The notes below the pieces were generated by a model. That model was given only the letters and a program-made list of their open reading frames with translations. It did no database searches and was not told where the DNA came from. Of a stretch of 64,000 nucleotides of DNA, positions 48,430 to 61,036 are shown in pieces. Position 1 is the stretch's first letter; every line of letters begins with the position of its first letter. This DNA comes from Vicugna vicugna (Eukaryota): positions 6,786,407 to 6,850,406 of the forward strand of contig MU058584.1 of NCBI GenBank assembly GCA_013265495.1, given 5' to 3'. The translations under genes were made by a program, and so were the position numbers.

Positions 48430-49160
48430 GGGATAAACTGGGAGTTCAAGATTTGCAGATACTAACTAATATATATAAAATATATATGGAGATTCCTTAA
48501 AAAACTAAAAATAGACTTAACCATTTGATGCAGCAATCCCACTCCTGGGCATATATCCAGAGGAAACTCTAATTTGAAAAGGTACATGCACCCCAATGTT
48601 CATAGAAGCACTATTACAATAGCCAAGACATGGAAACAACCTAAATGTTCATCAACAGATGACTGGATAAAGATACACATACATTAAATTATAATTCCAT
48701 ATATATATACAATGGAATACTATTCAGCCATAAAAAAGGAATAAAATAATGTCATTTGCAGCAACATGGATGGACTTAGAGATTATCAAACTAAGTAAAG
48801 TCTGACAGAAAAAGACAAATATCATGTGATATCACTTATACATGGAATCTAAAAAAAAGGCACAAACTTAATTACAAAACAGAAAGAGACTCATAGACAT
48901 AGAACACAAACTTACAGTTACCAAAGGGGAAAGGGTGGGGGAAGGAGAAATTAGGAGTTTGGTATTAATACATATGCACTACTATCTGTAAAGTAGATAA
49001 ACAACAAGAACCTACTGTATAGCACAGGGAACTACATTCAATATCTTGTAATAACCTATAATGAAATGAATATGGGAAAGAATACATACGTGGTTATAAC
49101 TGAATCACTATGCTGTACACCAGAAACTAACCCAACACTTTAAATCAATGAACTTCAATA
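48430..49160 (+). mobile_element. L1 3' fragment (composite)
   Basis: 'atggagattccttaaaaaactaaaaatagac...gcaatcccactcctgggcatatatccaga...gaatcactatgctgtacaccagaaactaa', preceded by a short out-of-order 3' UTR piece. Confidence 0.88.
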
Positions 49161-52159
49161 GAAGGAAATACAGTAACTTGGTTTCCTCTTGGTGTCACTT
49201 ATACTTTGCCCTGCACTAGAGTTATGCCTGTACTGTACCTCCCTTCTCTGTGGTCCTCCTCCTCCATACACAGACACAGTCATGTTAGAAGATCAGTGAA
49301 TGCTGGAACAGTAACTCTTTTCTGTCCACATCCCTGTGATTTCTCAATAACCAGCTGTATTGATTCACTGCTGAATCCCTAGTATCTACAGCTAGAGCTG
49401 GCACATAGCAGGTATACATATTTTAATGAATGATTAAGCAAGTTAGTGAATGAATTTAAATGAATTGAATATCAGTCTAGGAAAATCAGGCTTAGCTATC
49501 ACTGGGGGGGGGGTTAATATGGGAATGCCTTGGTTAAACAGTACGTTATTTGAGGAAATAAAAGAAAACGTCTTTGTGGAGTCACTGATCTAATTTCAAA
49601 CTCAGGAAGCTTCTCAGCATCTAATTCACTGCATTCCCCTACTTCTCCCCTTGACCATGTCAGGAGGAGGACATATGCCAAAATCTCACGGACTTAAATA
49701 GATCCAACATCTGAAGCCAGTTTCACAGAACACAACAAATACAGAGAATGTGTTCTGTAACCAGCATGAAAAACAAGCCAAATAAAAAATTTAAAAGTAT
49801 CTGGCTCAGACTTGCCTGAAAAGATAAACATAGAGTATTATATTCAAAGAAAAGGAAGAATGGCTTGAAGCATTCCTGTGGAAAGAGATGAAGTCTGTTC
49901 CAAATTCCATGATACCAAAGAGTACTTGTGGCAGGTGAATTTAATCACTGTTCCACGTTACTAACAAGAAAACACTTAGAAGGGGGTCATCAAGTTAAAT
50001 CAATATTTACTTATAGAGCTCCTACTGAATACCTGACTCTCTACTGGGTGTTGAGGAAAATAAAATTTAAAATACACATGATGGTCTGCTACAGGAAGTA
50101 TAAAATCTGTCTAACAGAGAGAAGAACTAGCACTCATGAGACCATCAGCACACAACCCCAGGAAGGCTACAGCGTGAGGGAGTGTGGGACATAGTATTTG
50201 ATCTATGGGAACTCAGCAGCAAAGTGCGCAGGTGCGAGGAAGCCTTCTTGAGGAGAGTGAAGTTTGCTCAGGGTCTCAAAGCATGCATAGGACCTGTACG
50301 AACAAAAAGGAAGTGAGAGAGGTCTCTTCCCCACCCCCAGAGGCCTGTCCATGGAGGAAGCACGATCACAGGCAGAGAGATGAGGAGTGTGGTGTGTGAT
50401 GGGCATTAAGGGGGCCAGACATCCTTGCAGACAAAACAGTGGGATTGGTAAAGCAAAGCAGAGCGTGAGTGCCAGTGGGGAGTGACCATCAGCCCCTAAG
50501 AAGAGGCACGGCATAATGGGTAGTTTAGGCAGATTAATTTCCCAAAGCCATTTGAGATCTCAGCTTCAGAAGAATGGCCCCTGAGAAAGAGAAAAAGAAA
50601 CAAACTTACTGCTTTCCTCCACGTGGCCTAGGGCCTCTTCTTGGCTGAACTGAAGGGTCACTACAAAGCAGTGTGCCCTAATATCTTGTTAGTGAAGGAG
50701 ACTTCCAGGAAAAGAGAACCCTAAATCTTCTTCCCTGTCTCCCTCCTTCTATCTCTGGGGTAAGACTGCACATCTAGGCACTCACCCAAGCAAGGGGGTA
50801 AGTGAGTATCTCCGTCATGGGATGAATCCCAGGGGTCTAGAATCACAGTAAAGCAAAGCCTCTGACTACAGTGGTGGGCCCTCCATGACTCCCTTAGGTT
50901 CAACAAAATATAATAACGAGAATGACAAGATTTAAAGCAATCTGGGAAGTCTCCCAACACTCTCACGTGTTCTGCAGGGCTCAGCTTGTCTCTCAAGCAC
51001 CAGTGCTTCTCACATTTTACTACAAGGTTCACAGTAAGTTCTATCAATACCCTCACCCCACCAAAAAAAAAAAAAATTTCTAATCTGCTGCCCAGGGAAG
51101 CCAGATAACAGGCAGTCTGTTCAAACCACTTCTGCTCTATTTGGCATTCAAACTACAAACCACCTATGGAATTTGAAAAACAGCGAATTGCAGTCTATAG
51201 ATGTTTAAAACTAATTCTTACCTACGTAGATGTTTCAGCTTATACTCCAGAGGCCCCCAAACAATGGTGGCCTCTCCCCAATAGTTTGCTTGACCCAGAA
51301 GAATGGACCCAATTCCGGCAGACACTTCTTCAGCAGCCATTCCTCACACTGAGGTCCCCTTGTGCCTCTAGGCAGCCCTACTGGACAAGGCCTAATATGA
51401 CCACATGCTAGCTCACCTTGGGTGGCTTACATCTGGCCCACAGGAAACCCGTGCACACACTTTGTCTCAACAAACTCTGGGAGTGCTGGCCAAACCCAAC
51501 ACAGAAGCACAAGTTCCTCGCAGCTAACCGGTCTGAATCTCATCCTCTGGATTTCGCAGGTGGGTGGCAGGTGCACGAAGTTCCCTCCATCCTCCAGCCT
51601 CTCTCCAGGTGGTTGGATTGAGCCCCTTCTCCTGTGCTTATGGCAAGAAGCAGGTCTTCTGAGCCCATCTCTTTGGTGGGAAGGGGACACAGCACACCAA
51701 CAGCTCTTTCCAAAGAGATCCACTTCAAGATTCTCAAGCTCTGCTTTCTTAACGCTCCTATACTTCCTGGAAACTTCCAATTTAGCAAGTGGCTCTCAGC
51801 AGCCAAATTAAATCAACTTTCAGACATCGGTGGCCCATAGGTTAAGGAAGGTCTTCTCAAGTAGTTTAAATGTATCTGTATTGTCTTTGGCTTATATTTT
51901 CCATCTTTGAAAAGGTTTACTTGGATTTAGTCAGTAAATTAAGAAATGCACAGATGGTCAGAAGGACATTAGTAATTATCTAGTTCAGCTTGCTCATTTT
52001 ACAGAGGAGAAATCTGAGGTCTTGCAACAATTACCACAAAATGTACAAAGGGATAAGTTACTGTGTATTTACTGTAGTGCTATTAGAGAGGACTATAAAC
52101 ATGCTTAGGTGTCCTGGGAACGCAGGACTGGCTTCCATTTCATACTGCATAACCCACTG

Positions 52160-52615
52160 TGCAGGCACTGCCTAGTGACACTTGGCACACTGACCTTCCC
52201 CCTATGGGCTCCCTCCTGCATCATATGGACTGGAAGGCTAAAAACTACATTTCTAAGACTTCCTTGCAGTTACGGCTTGGATACAATTTAGGTTTTCCCA
52301 TTGAGATAGACATCTGGGGTCAGAAGGAAAGGGAAGAGGAGGCTAAATCTCTGTGCCCGTGTTGATCAGCAAACGTGTTCCAACAGATCTGTTTATATCA
52401 GCCAAACTCCATACCTCACCCTTTGGAGGCATCTGTGGTGGCAGTAGAAGTTTCCTGCCTTTGGGTGGTTTCTCTAGTGGTGTGACCTTACACGCCCTGT
52501 GGCAGCCCCTTGGTTTCTGCTCCTCTGGCCCTTCTGTCGATTGCAAGCACCTAATTCCTTGTGCTGTATCCGTCTCTTTGTGAGATGGAATGGTTTCTGC
52601 TTCCAGGACTAAATC
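52160..52615. mobile_element. ERVL-type LTR relic (LTR16/LTR33-like)
   Basis: 'gactggaaggctaaaaactacatttctaagacttccttgcagtta...' resembles ancient ERVL LTRs. Family uncertain. Confidence 0.4.
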
Positions 52616-54487
52616 ATGAGCGGTATGCATATAAGCCATAAACATAAAATCTTAAAGACAGAAGGACCTTCTTTGAGGCATTGAGTCTATAATCACTCAG
52701 CAAGTCCCAAAACATCTACTTCCTAAGTATCTCTCATGCCCAGTCTCTATTCTCCTCTCCCCACAACACTGCTCTTATTTAGGACCTCCACATCTCTGCC
52801 TAGACAACTGAAATAACCTCCTGGGTTTTGGTACCCTTGACTGTAGTCACTGTCCTCTCTAGTTCCCATGTGAACCTGATCTTTCCTGATCTTGTCACTT
52901 CCTTGTTCAAAATTCTTGAAAGGATCACCATAACCTAGAGGATGGTATCCAAACCCTTGAGTGTGGCTCTTCGATATCTGTCACAACCTGGGCCCTGCAC
53001 GTTTAGTTCTTCTGCTATTTCCATCACCTCATGGCTCAGCAACACAATTAACTGTAGCTCACTCTATCATGTTCTCTTAATTTTCTATGCATTTGCACAT
53101 ATTTTTCTTTCTGGCTGTTGTGTGTTCCTTGCCCATCATCTACCTAACAAGCATCTATTCTTCATTCAAGACTCGAGTCTCTTCTCACTTCTTCTTGAAG
53201 CCCCTCTTATTCTTCTCCCAGCTGGACCTAAATCTTCCTGCCTGAGTGCTGGCATTACACTGAAATCACATCTATACTGTGATGTTGGCCATCTCTCCAT
53301 TAGACCGTATGTTTCTAGATGGAAACACTGTGTCTTCTCATTTTGAACCTCCCAAAAGACTACTGTGATGCATGGTAGACACTCAGGGAAGTGGAAGAAA
53401 TGGAATGAGGGAAGAAGAGGAAGAAGAAAGTGTATAGAAGCAGGAAGGGTGGGTATAGAAGTGAGAGGGAGTCAGAAACAAGATTCAGTGACTTCCCAAT
53501 TCTGTCCTCCGGGTTCATGAGTTTTACTAACTCACCATCTCCAAGAGTTAGCTCACCTCCTCAAATTAGGCCCTCCTAAATTTCCAGAAAATTGAGCTTT
53601 TTTTTTTTTTCACTGTTGACACAACAAAACCTTTCATTATATTCCAGGTGCATAGTCTTTGTTTATATATTCTATACCTCTAAAGCAAAAAAGAAATGAA
53701 AGCAACATTGTTCCTCTCATCTCCCAGGGGTTTCACTTTACAGCTTTGGTGATTATGTATCAGTTATCGTTTTATTTTTTGGAACTGGGACAACAGACCT
53801 CATTCTTGCTCTTACCCTATTCCTTTCTTTCTCTGCTCCCCACTACCCCTGCCCTGTTCCCCTATCCCTACCACACTCAGTCCTTCTCTTCCAGGTTTTA
53901 CCAGGACTCTACATCATAAAAAATACAAAGAAGAAGGAATTCTTACTTTAAGAAAAATAACTCCTCCCCCTTTTCCTAATTTTGACATCAACAGACACTG
54001 TTAAAAGCCATTCTATTCTACTCCTGGAGAACTACAGGTTCTCTGGGGAGAGAAGGTGGTTGAGTTTGAGTAACAGCCAATCATTCAGAGTGAGTAGGGG
54101 TGACTTGGCACAGTGGGTTTCATGTAGAAGCCGGAGTTCTAGTTCTGACTCCTTTACTTGTTTTCTCTGAGACCCTGAAGAAGTAATTTCCAATCTTCTT
54201 GGAGTGACAATTGCTTCATTTGCAATTGAGAGCATTGGATTGATGATTTCCAAGGTCCTTCCTGCTCTAGGGTTCACTGACTCTGCTGTTTTTTGGTGTC
54301 AGAAGATCTTACTGTAGTAAAAGTAGTAAAAATAATGAGCATCAACTCTTAATGTGCATCTGTGTCTTCTTGTGTTAAGGTGAGGATCCCAATGTTTAAA
54401 CCTCAGCTGATTATTTCTACTGAACAATTTCAGGCATTCAGGGACACTCTTCTGAAGAAGTCTGTCCAGATCCTCCTACGGGCGACC

Positions 54488-57400
54488 ATGGTGAAGAGAG
54501 TGGCCATCATTGGAGCTGGCGTCAGTGGCTTGGCCTCCATACGTTGTTGTCTGGAAGAGGGGCTGGAGCCTACCTGCTTTGAAAGGAGCAATGATGTTGG
54601 AGGACTGTGGCAATTCTCAGTGAGTAGAATAATAGAAGGTTGATGGGTTACTTTGAAAATCAATTGTGATCTGTTCTGAATCAGACTCAGGAGGTAGGTC
54701 ACAAATGGTCCAGATCTAGAAAGTAAAATGTAATCTCTCCCATCCCACTGAAGTCCAGTCACTCACAACTACTTCACACCAGCAAGGTTTACCCTGAAAA
54801 GGACTCCTCCAGCTCATTAAACACAAATTGCTAGACTGTAAAGAGTGCTAATGTGGGTAATTAGCAAAAAGAATTTATACACACACACACATATGTATGT
54901 ATATATATACCATTGCCTCCCACATAACTTGAAGATTCTATCCCAATTGCTCTTAAATCTTAAGAACATGGGGAGGGGGTTAAAAAAAAAATAGAAAAAC
55001 CTAGGCTGGAGTCAGAAGTCCTGAGTTCCAGTCTCAACTCTGTTTTTATAGGCAGATAGATTTTGTCACTTTTTTCTTTCCAGACTTCAAATGCTCATTA
55101 GTCAAATACAGAGGTTGGAAATTATATTATCTCCAATCTGCCTCTCAGTTCCAAAAGGGTGATTTTATAATTAACTCATGTCCATTGGAAAGACATTATA
55201 GGTTATTATAAGTTATTATAAATAGTGACGGTGTGTGCTGTGTGTATGCTTATTAAACACTGTCAGCTCCAAATCCAGAGAGAAAAAGAATTATCTCTGC
55301 CATTCAGACTGATTGCTAGAGGAATAATATAATCAGGAAATATTCATTATGAATACAATTTTTAAATTTTAAAAGCCAGGTTTGGGAAAACGTCAAGCTT
55401 TTCTGTCCTGAACTTCCCAAACATTATGATTGGATGTAAATGATACTTATTTGGCTTGAAGACATTATATCCACATCATTCACCTTGCAACCATATTCTG
55501 TCCTGCTCTCAGTTATTGCTCAACCCATAACAGGTTCCTCCAACCAAGTATATCAGTGCTAACTTAGAACACAGTCATATTCATTTTAAGAGCTTTTGTA
55601 AAAATAAAAGGGAGGGGCTCCTATAACCCTGAAATTATTACATGAGAAAAAGATCATTAATTTTTATTTACCATTAGGAAGTAATCAAATTTTTTTTTAA
55701 GAATTCAGTTTTTTTAGTTTACATTTGCTTGGGGGATATGACTAGCTTAGTCTCAATCATGAAGTGGTTGTTTACTATCTTATTAGCAACAACCAGATGC
55801 TACTTGAACACCTCTTTTGGCAGAATTTTGTGCTAGGTCCTCATATTACAAATATGAGCCATAATCGCTCGACGTAAGTGGTTTCTACTGCACTTGGTAT
55901 AGCAAGCCTTATATAGTATAGGTCAACAGTCCTTTGCTAGAAAATGGGGGAAAAAAACTCATTTAATAGCAAAACCTGTCCTGAAGTCATATGGTCAGAA
56001 AATATGATTGAATTGACATGAGGCTATTCATAGTCTTTATTTGGGCCACTCTGTGTTTTGCTGCAAAAATTTCATTGCGTTTGATTATAGGGTGCTGCCC
56101 GAGATCTCACCAGGAGTTTTATGGAGGAAAAATCCAAAAATCTACAAATTTCAAAACATGTCTAGCCCTGAGAGTTTATATGAGAGATTATGAAATTATA
56201 TGACAACAAGAAGGCCCTTGGTCACTGTCAATTTAAGAAACAAATGCCTTGAAATTTACGTGAAGCTGGACCACTAAAATATTAGCAGGTCAAGGAAATC
56301 TTCCTACAGGGATGGCACTTAGCTGAGATTTGAAAATATTCTCAGACAAGAAAAGTAGAGAACCCCACTGTGTGACACAACTCCAGAGAGTGGCATTCCC
56401 AGTCAGTGCGCCAGCACCAGATGGGAAAGGTTTTTAGGTAGGGGTGACCAGCAACCCATGAAAGGCACAGAGAAGGTAATAAACATGGCATGTCCAGGGA
56501 TATGTACATTAATGAACCAGATCAGAGAATTTATTTAAGGAAGTATTGGATAACAGAGCAGTAAGATGCAAAGTCAAACTCTGGGTTATCCACAAGAGGG
56601 GCCGTCTTGTTTCCATAAAGACGTTGTGTGTAAGCAGAATTATACTCAAAGGCCCTGTGGGGATTTAAACACATACAAATATGTTAAACTTTAGTCCCCT
56701 CCACATCCCATCTCTTCCTTCTTTTCTAAGAGAAGTTGCTTGGTACAATGTACGACCAGAGAGGGATTTTTGAAAAATGTATTACATAAGCTTTCACCTT
56801 GCAAATCCTGTTAGGTAGAAGGCACGCCGGAAGAGAGAAACCTGATAATTCTGAACTTTTCACTGTGTGCTTTTCTTGCAAAATGAAAACCAAATGGGTT
56901 TAAATACCAGCCAGGTGAATGTGAGCATGTCTTAAGTTTCATATACTTCAATATGGGGCCTCATGACCTCAAAAATTTTCCTGCTGCTGTAATAAGAGGT
57001 TGTTCAACAAGCCACATACAATAGGACAGTTATCATTTTGATTGCAAGGGGGAAAATAATAGAACCAGAACTATCTAAACTTTGGTTTCACTCATTCATT
57101 CATTTATTCATTCAACAAATACATCTTTGAGTTCACTGCATATAGGGTACCACGTTAGGCATAGCTGCAGATGAGAGGTAGAGCAGGCAGCCAGTATTCT
57201 AAAAGCAGAGAGAATTCAAGTATTAGAATAATCATACCACAAGTGAATAGGATAGACTGTAATTAGGGCAGTAAAGACAATTAGAGCTTGGTGGAGGTAG
57301 AGATGACTTCCAATTGGTGAGAGGGAAGACAAGGAAAGGCACGAGAAAGGAGACAACTTTTGAGCTGGACCCTGAGGGTATATCTAGACAAGCAAAAACA

Positions 57401-60400
57401 GGACTGATAAGCAAGATGGAATATGAAAGAAGATCAAGGCAGACTGCTAAAATGCACTTGCAACAGTCTTGAATTAGCTTCCAACCTTGCCCTCAAGCTG
57501 CTTATGTTCTAGTGGGGTGGATGAGAGATGGACACAGAACCCGAGAAGCTGACAGTGTGCCCCATAGCTTCTTGGCTGTCTGCTGTCAGGACAAGCTCCC
57601 TCAGCCAGAGGCAGAGTCTGAACTTAATTTCCTCTTTACTGGCTCAAACCACCTCACATATTGAAATAATGAAAATGTGAGCTCTCTGAAGTAATTGTCT
57701 GTTGTTATATAATACTCCTGCTTTCCTTTATTTGGAGAATAGTACTTTAGGGAAAATTCCAAGGAGCTGTATGGCACATTCTCTTCTCTCCTCGTGTTGT
57801 GATTGGCTGGAGTCCAAGGTTGAAAAAGCAGGGATTCATTAATAATGGAAATAATGTGAGGTCTTATCACCTCTGTTCCCAGAGCAGAATCTTACTTTTT
57901 TTTTCTTTTTTGTAAGATCCCAGCCCACAGCTCAGCCCTCCCTTCAATGGGCAGCTAAGAAACTTCCTTCCCTCTCTCCTTCTCACAGCTGTCAACAAAA
58001 GTTACCAGCTATGGGTGAACAGAACAGACAAACCTGAGAACCTGTCAGGCACAAGACTTCACCCTTTCTCTGACCTTAGCAGAAATTTCCAAGTGATGTT
58101 TCAAAAAGTTAAAATCTCTGAGCTTAGCTGTTACAAGAAATCCAGCAATCATGCATAGAAGAGGTTTTATTGTCACTTGAGGGGAAACACTGAGGCCTCG
58201 GGCAGCCCCCCAGGGACACAATCCTCTTGTTTGGGGTTTTTGGGCTGGAGGGAGACAGATGTCTTGAATCCAGGAGCAATAAAACTCCGTCCTTTTCCTT
58301 CATTTCATGAGAGTTCCTTCAGGATTAGGGGAAACAGAGGTTGCCAACTTTTAAATGTGCTTTCAAGGCAACATATCGTGTGAATTTTCATCCTGTTCTT
58401 AAAACAGAGAGGAAATGTTTATATGGAACTTGGCCTTCCGCTGATCCTCAAAAGATGTCACTTTTCAATTACACAGTGGTTTTAAAATAAAATGCCAAGA
58501 TTTAGCACACGTTCTAAGGCTTCCGGATTCCTGTGTTTCTTTGGTGAGGAGTGAATCCCACTAACTGGTGAGTTAAGGGAAGTCCTCAAACACAGAACTC
58601 ACTGACGATGCAGAAGTGGTTCTCATGTGTGGTCCCTAGGCCAGCAGCACCAGCAGCACCAGGAGTTGTTGGCAATGCAAATTTTCAGCACCCCTCTCCC
58701 CAGACACACTGAATCAGAAGTCCTGGTGTGGGGCCCAGGAATCCAGAGTCTCAGGAGCACTTCAGGTGGTTCTGATTAACCAGGCAACCGCTTCATTAGA
58801 GAGCTCTGTGGCTGATGAAGAATTTGCTGAAATCCATAGAGTCAATTAAATAGGCTAAAAGCCACAACCTCTTGTGAACCATTTAGTTCTTTTTTTTTTT
58901 TTTTTTAACATTATGAGATCAGAGCCAGAGCTGTGACTGAGGGGGGAAAAAAGAAAAAAAGACAAGTCTATGGAGCCATAAACACAGAGCTAAACGGGGA
59001 GTAATTCGAGTAAGAGGGTGTGCCAGCTCTGCGCCGGGTGCTTTGCTGAAGGCTTTCCTTTCCATATCGTGCAGAGAACTGTCTGTTTTTTTCATGTTTT
59101 TCAAAACCTATTAAATTAAGGTTTCAGCCACCTGAGAATTGTATACTCACTGAGGGGAATGCCATTCTTGGTTTCCTTTTCAAACTTTATTATTGTTCCT
59201 AGGACCACACAGAAGAAGGCAGAGCCAGCATTTACCAGTCTGTATTCACCAACTCTTCCAAAGAGATGATGTGCTTTCCAGACTTCCCGTACCCTGATGA
59301 CTACCCCAGCTACATGCACCAGAGTAAGCTCCAGGAATACATAAAGACATTCGCTCTAAAGAAGAATTTGTTAAGATACATACAGTTTGAGGTAAGGACC
59401 TTATAACTTGTGCTGTTGATATCAGTATGCTTACGGGTTAGAGGACAAACCAGAATATAACACTCTTATCCTAGAAATCCAAATGTTTGCACACTTCACC
59501 AGTCAAATGCTGGTTCTGATTGTAAAGTTATGCATGCATTGTTTTTGTTTCCCCTTAAACATGCCCTCCACTGGTCTCCAAGAGCTTTTGAAATACCATA
59601 GAAAATGCTGGAGGCATCTACACCAGCATAGTGTACATTCCACCCTCATACGCTCATGTTTTAGAAACAATCCCAGATTCTCTAGTTCATACTTCGACTT
59701 CTGTGGTTCAAGGCCAAAGAGCTGTGGTTCAGAAAAACGTTAGCATTCGTTAGAAATTCTGCCATTATGAAGAGAGTAGCAACTTAGGTGAATAATTAAT
59801 ATAGTCATTGCCTCATCCTTCACCCACTCAGTTCCTTAGATTAGGAGCCTTGGGAGTTATGGCACAAAGGCATTGTCTCTGTCAGCAATACTTTACATTT
59901 GTATAGAACTCAACTTCCATTCATTACTGTCCAATACAGAGCACATATATGTAGTGAGAAAAATAATCAGCAAAGTTATAAATTGGGATTATATTTAATA
60001 TAATTGTACTTACTATTATTTTAGTATTTATTATACTTAATATAACATGATTTAATATAATTTTACTTGTGTCAACAAAATAGTTATACTATGGAAGTGA
60101 CTATTATTTCCAAGAGAGAATGTCTATAGTTTGCAAAGGAGAGATCAAGGATTGAACTCTGAGACAATCCCATGTTTATGGAATATTTCCCATATAATCC
60201 CATATTACGGAGTATCCCATGTTTATGGAGAAGATGAGGCCAAAGAAGAAGAAGCCATGAATGTGAGTGGAGAGTGGCAGTAAGCAAATGACACAGGAGT
60301 TTTACAAGAATACTCAGTGAAATTTACTCCAAATCTTCTAACTAGATATCAAAAAACTAAATATATCCCAGTGAGCAATTTTCCTTGTGAGATTTGAAAA

Positions 60401-61003
60401 TTCACTGTGACTCCTATTTTAATGTCTTCCCATATGTTTCTCAATGACCAGGAGTGCGCATAACAATCATTTTCTCCACAGAAATACTGAAGAAAACATA
60501 AACAAAAAAGCCATAGACTTGTAAATAAAACAAATTCTGTCTGGTTTTCTTTAAGACCCTGGTTTCCAGTATAAAGAAATGCCCCAGCTTCTTAGTCACT
60601 GGTCAATGGGAAATTGTTTCTGAAAAGGATGGGAAGCAGGAGTCTGCCATTTTTGATGCTGTAATGATTTGTTCCGGACATCACGTGTACCCCAACCTAC
60701 CAACAGATTCCTTTCCTGGTAAGCATGGAAGATATATAATAATCTGAGGACTTAAACACAAATATCAAGGATTGAAATAGCTCTTTCCACTAGATTGTAC
60801 ATCGTGATTATTCTTAAGGTTCCAAGTATTTCAAGACAAAATTTTTAAGTCTGATAATATGTGAAATATAGTAATCATTGGCCTCATACTAAAAGAATCA
60901 AGGACTTGCAAGTCAGAGATTAGATGAAGACACGGGGCCATAGAGAAGAAACCTGGGTTTTTAAATTTCATCTGTATCCACATTTCGTAAATTAACTTTA
61001 AAA

Positions 61004-61036
<33 letters not shown>

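Noticed and set aside
51166..51840. Cluster of overlapping 67-129 aa ORFs between FMO3 and FMO6
   Set aside because: No recognisable homology, no FMO-like motifs, and no consistent splice or frame pattern.
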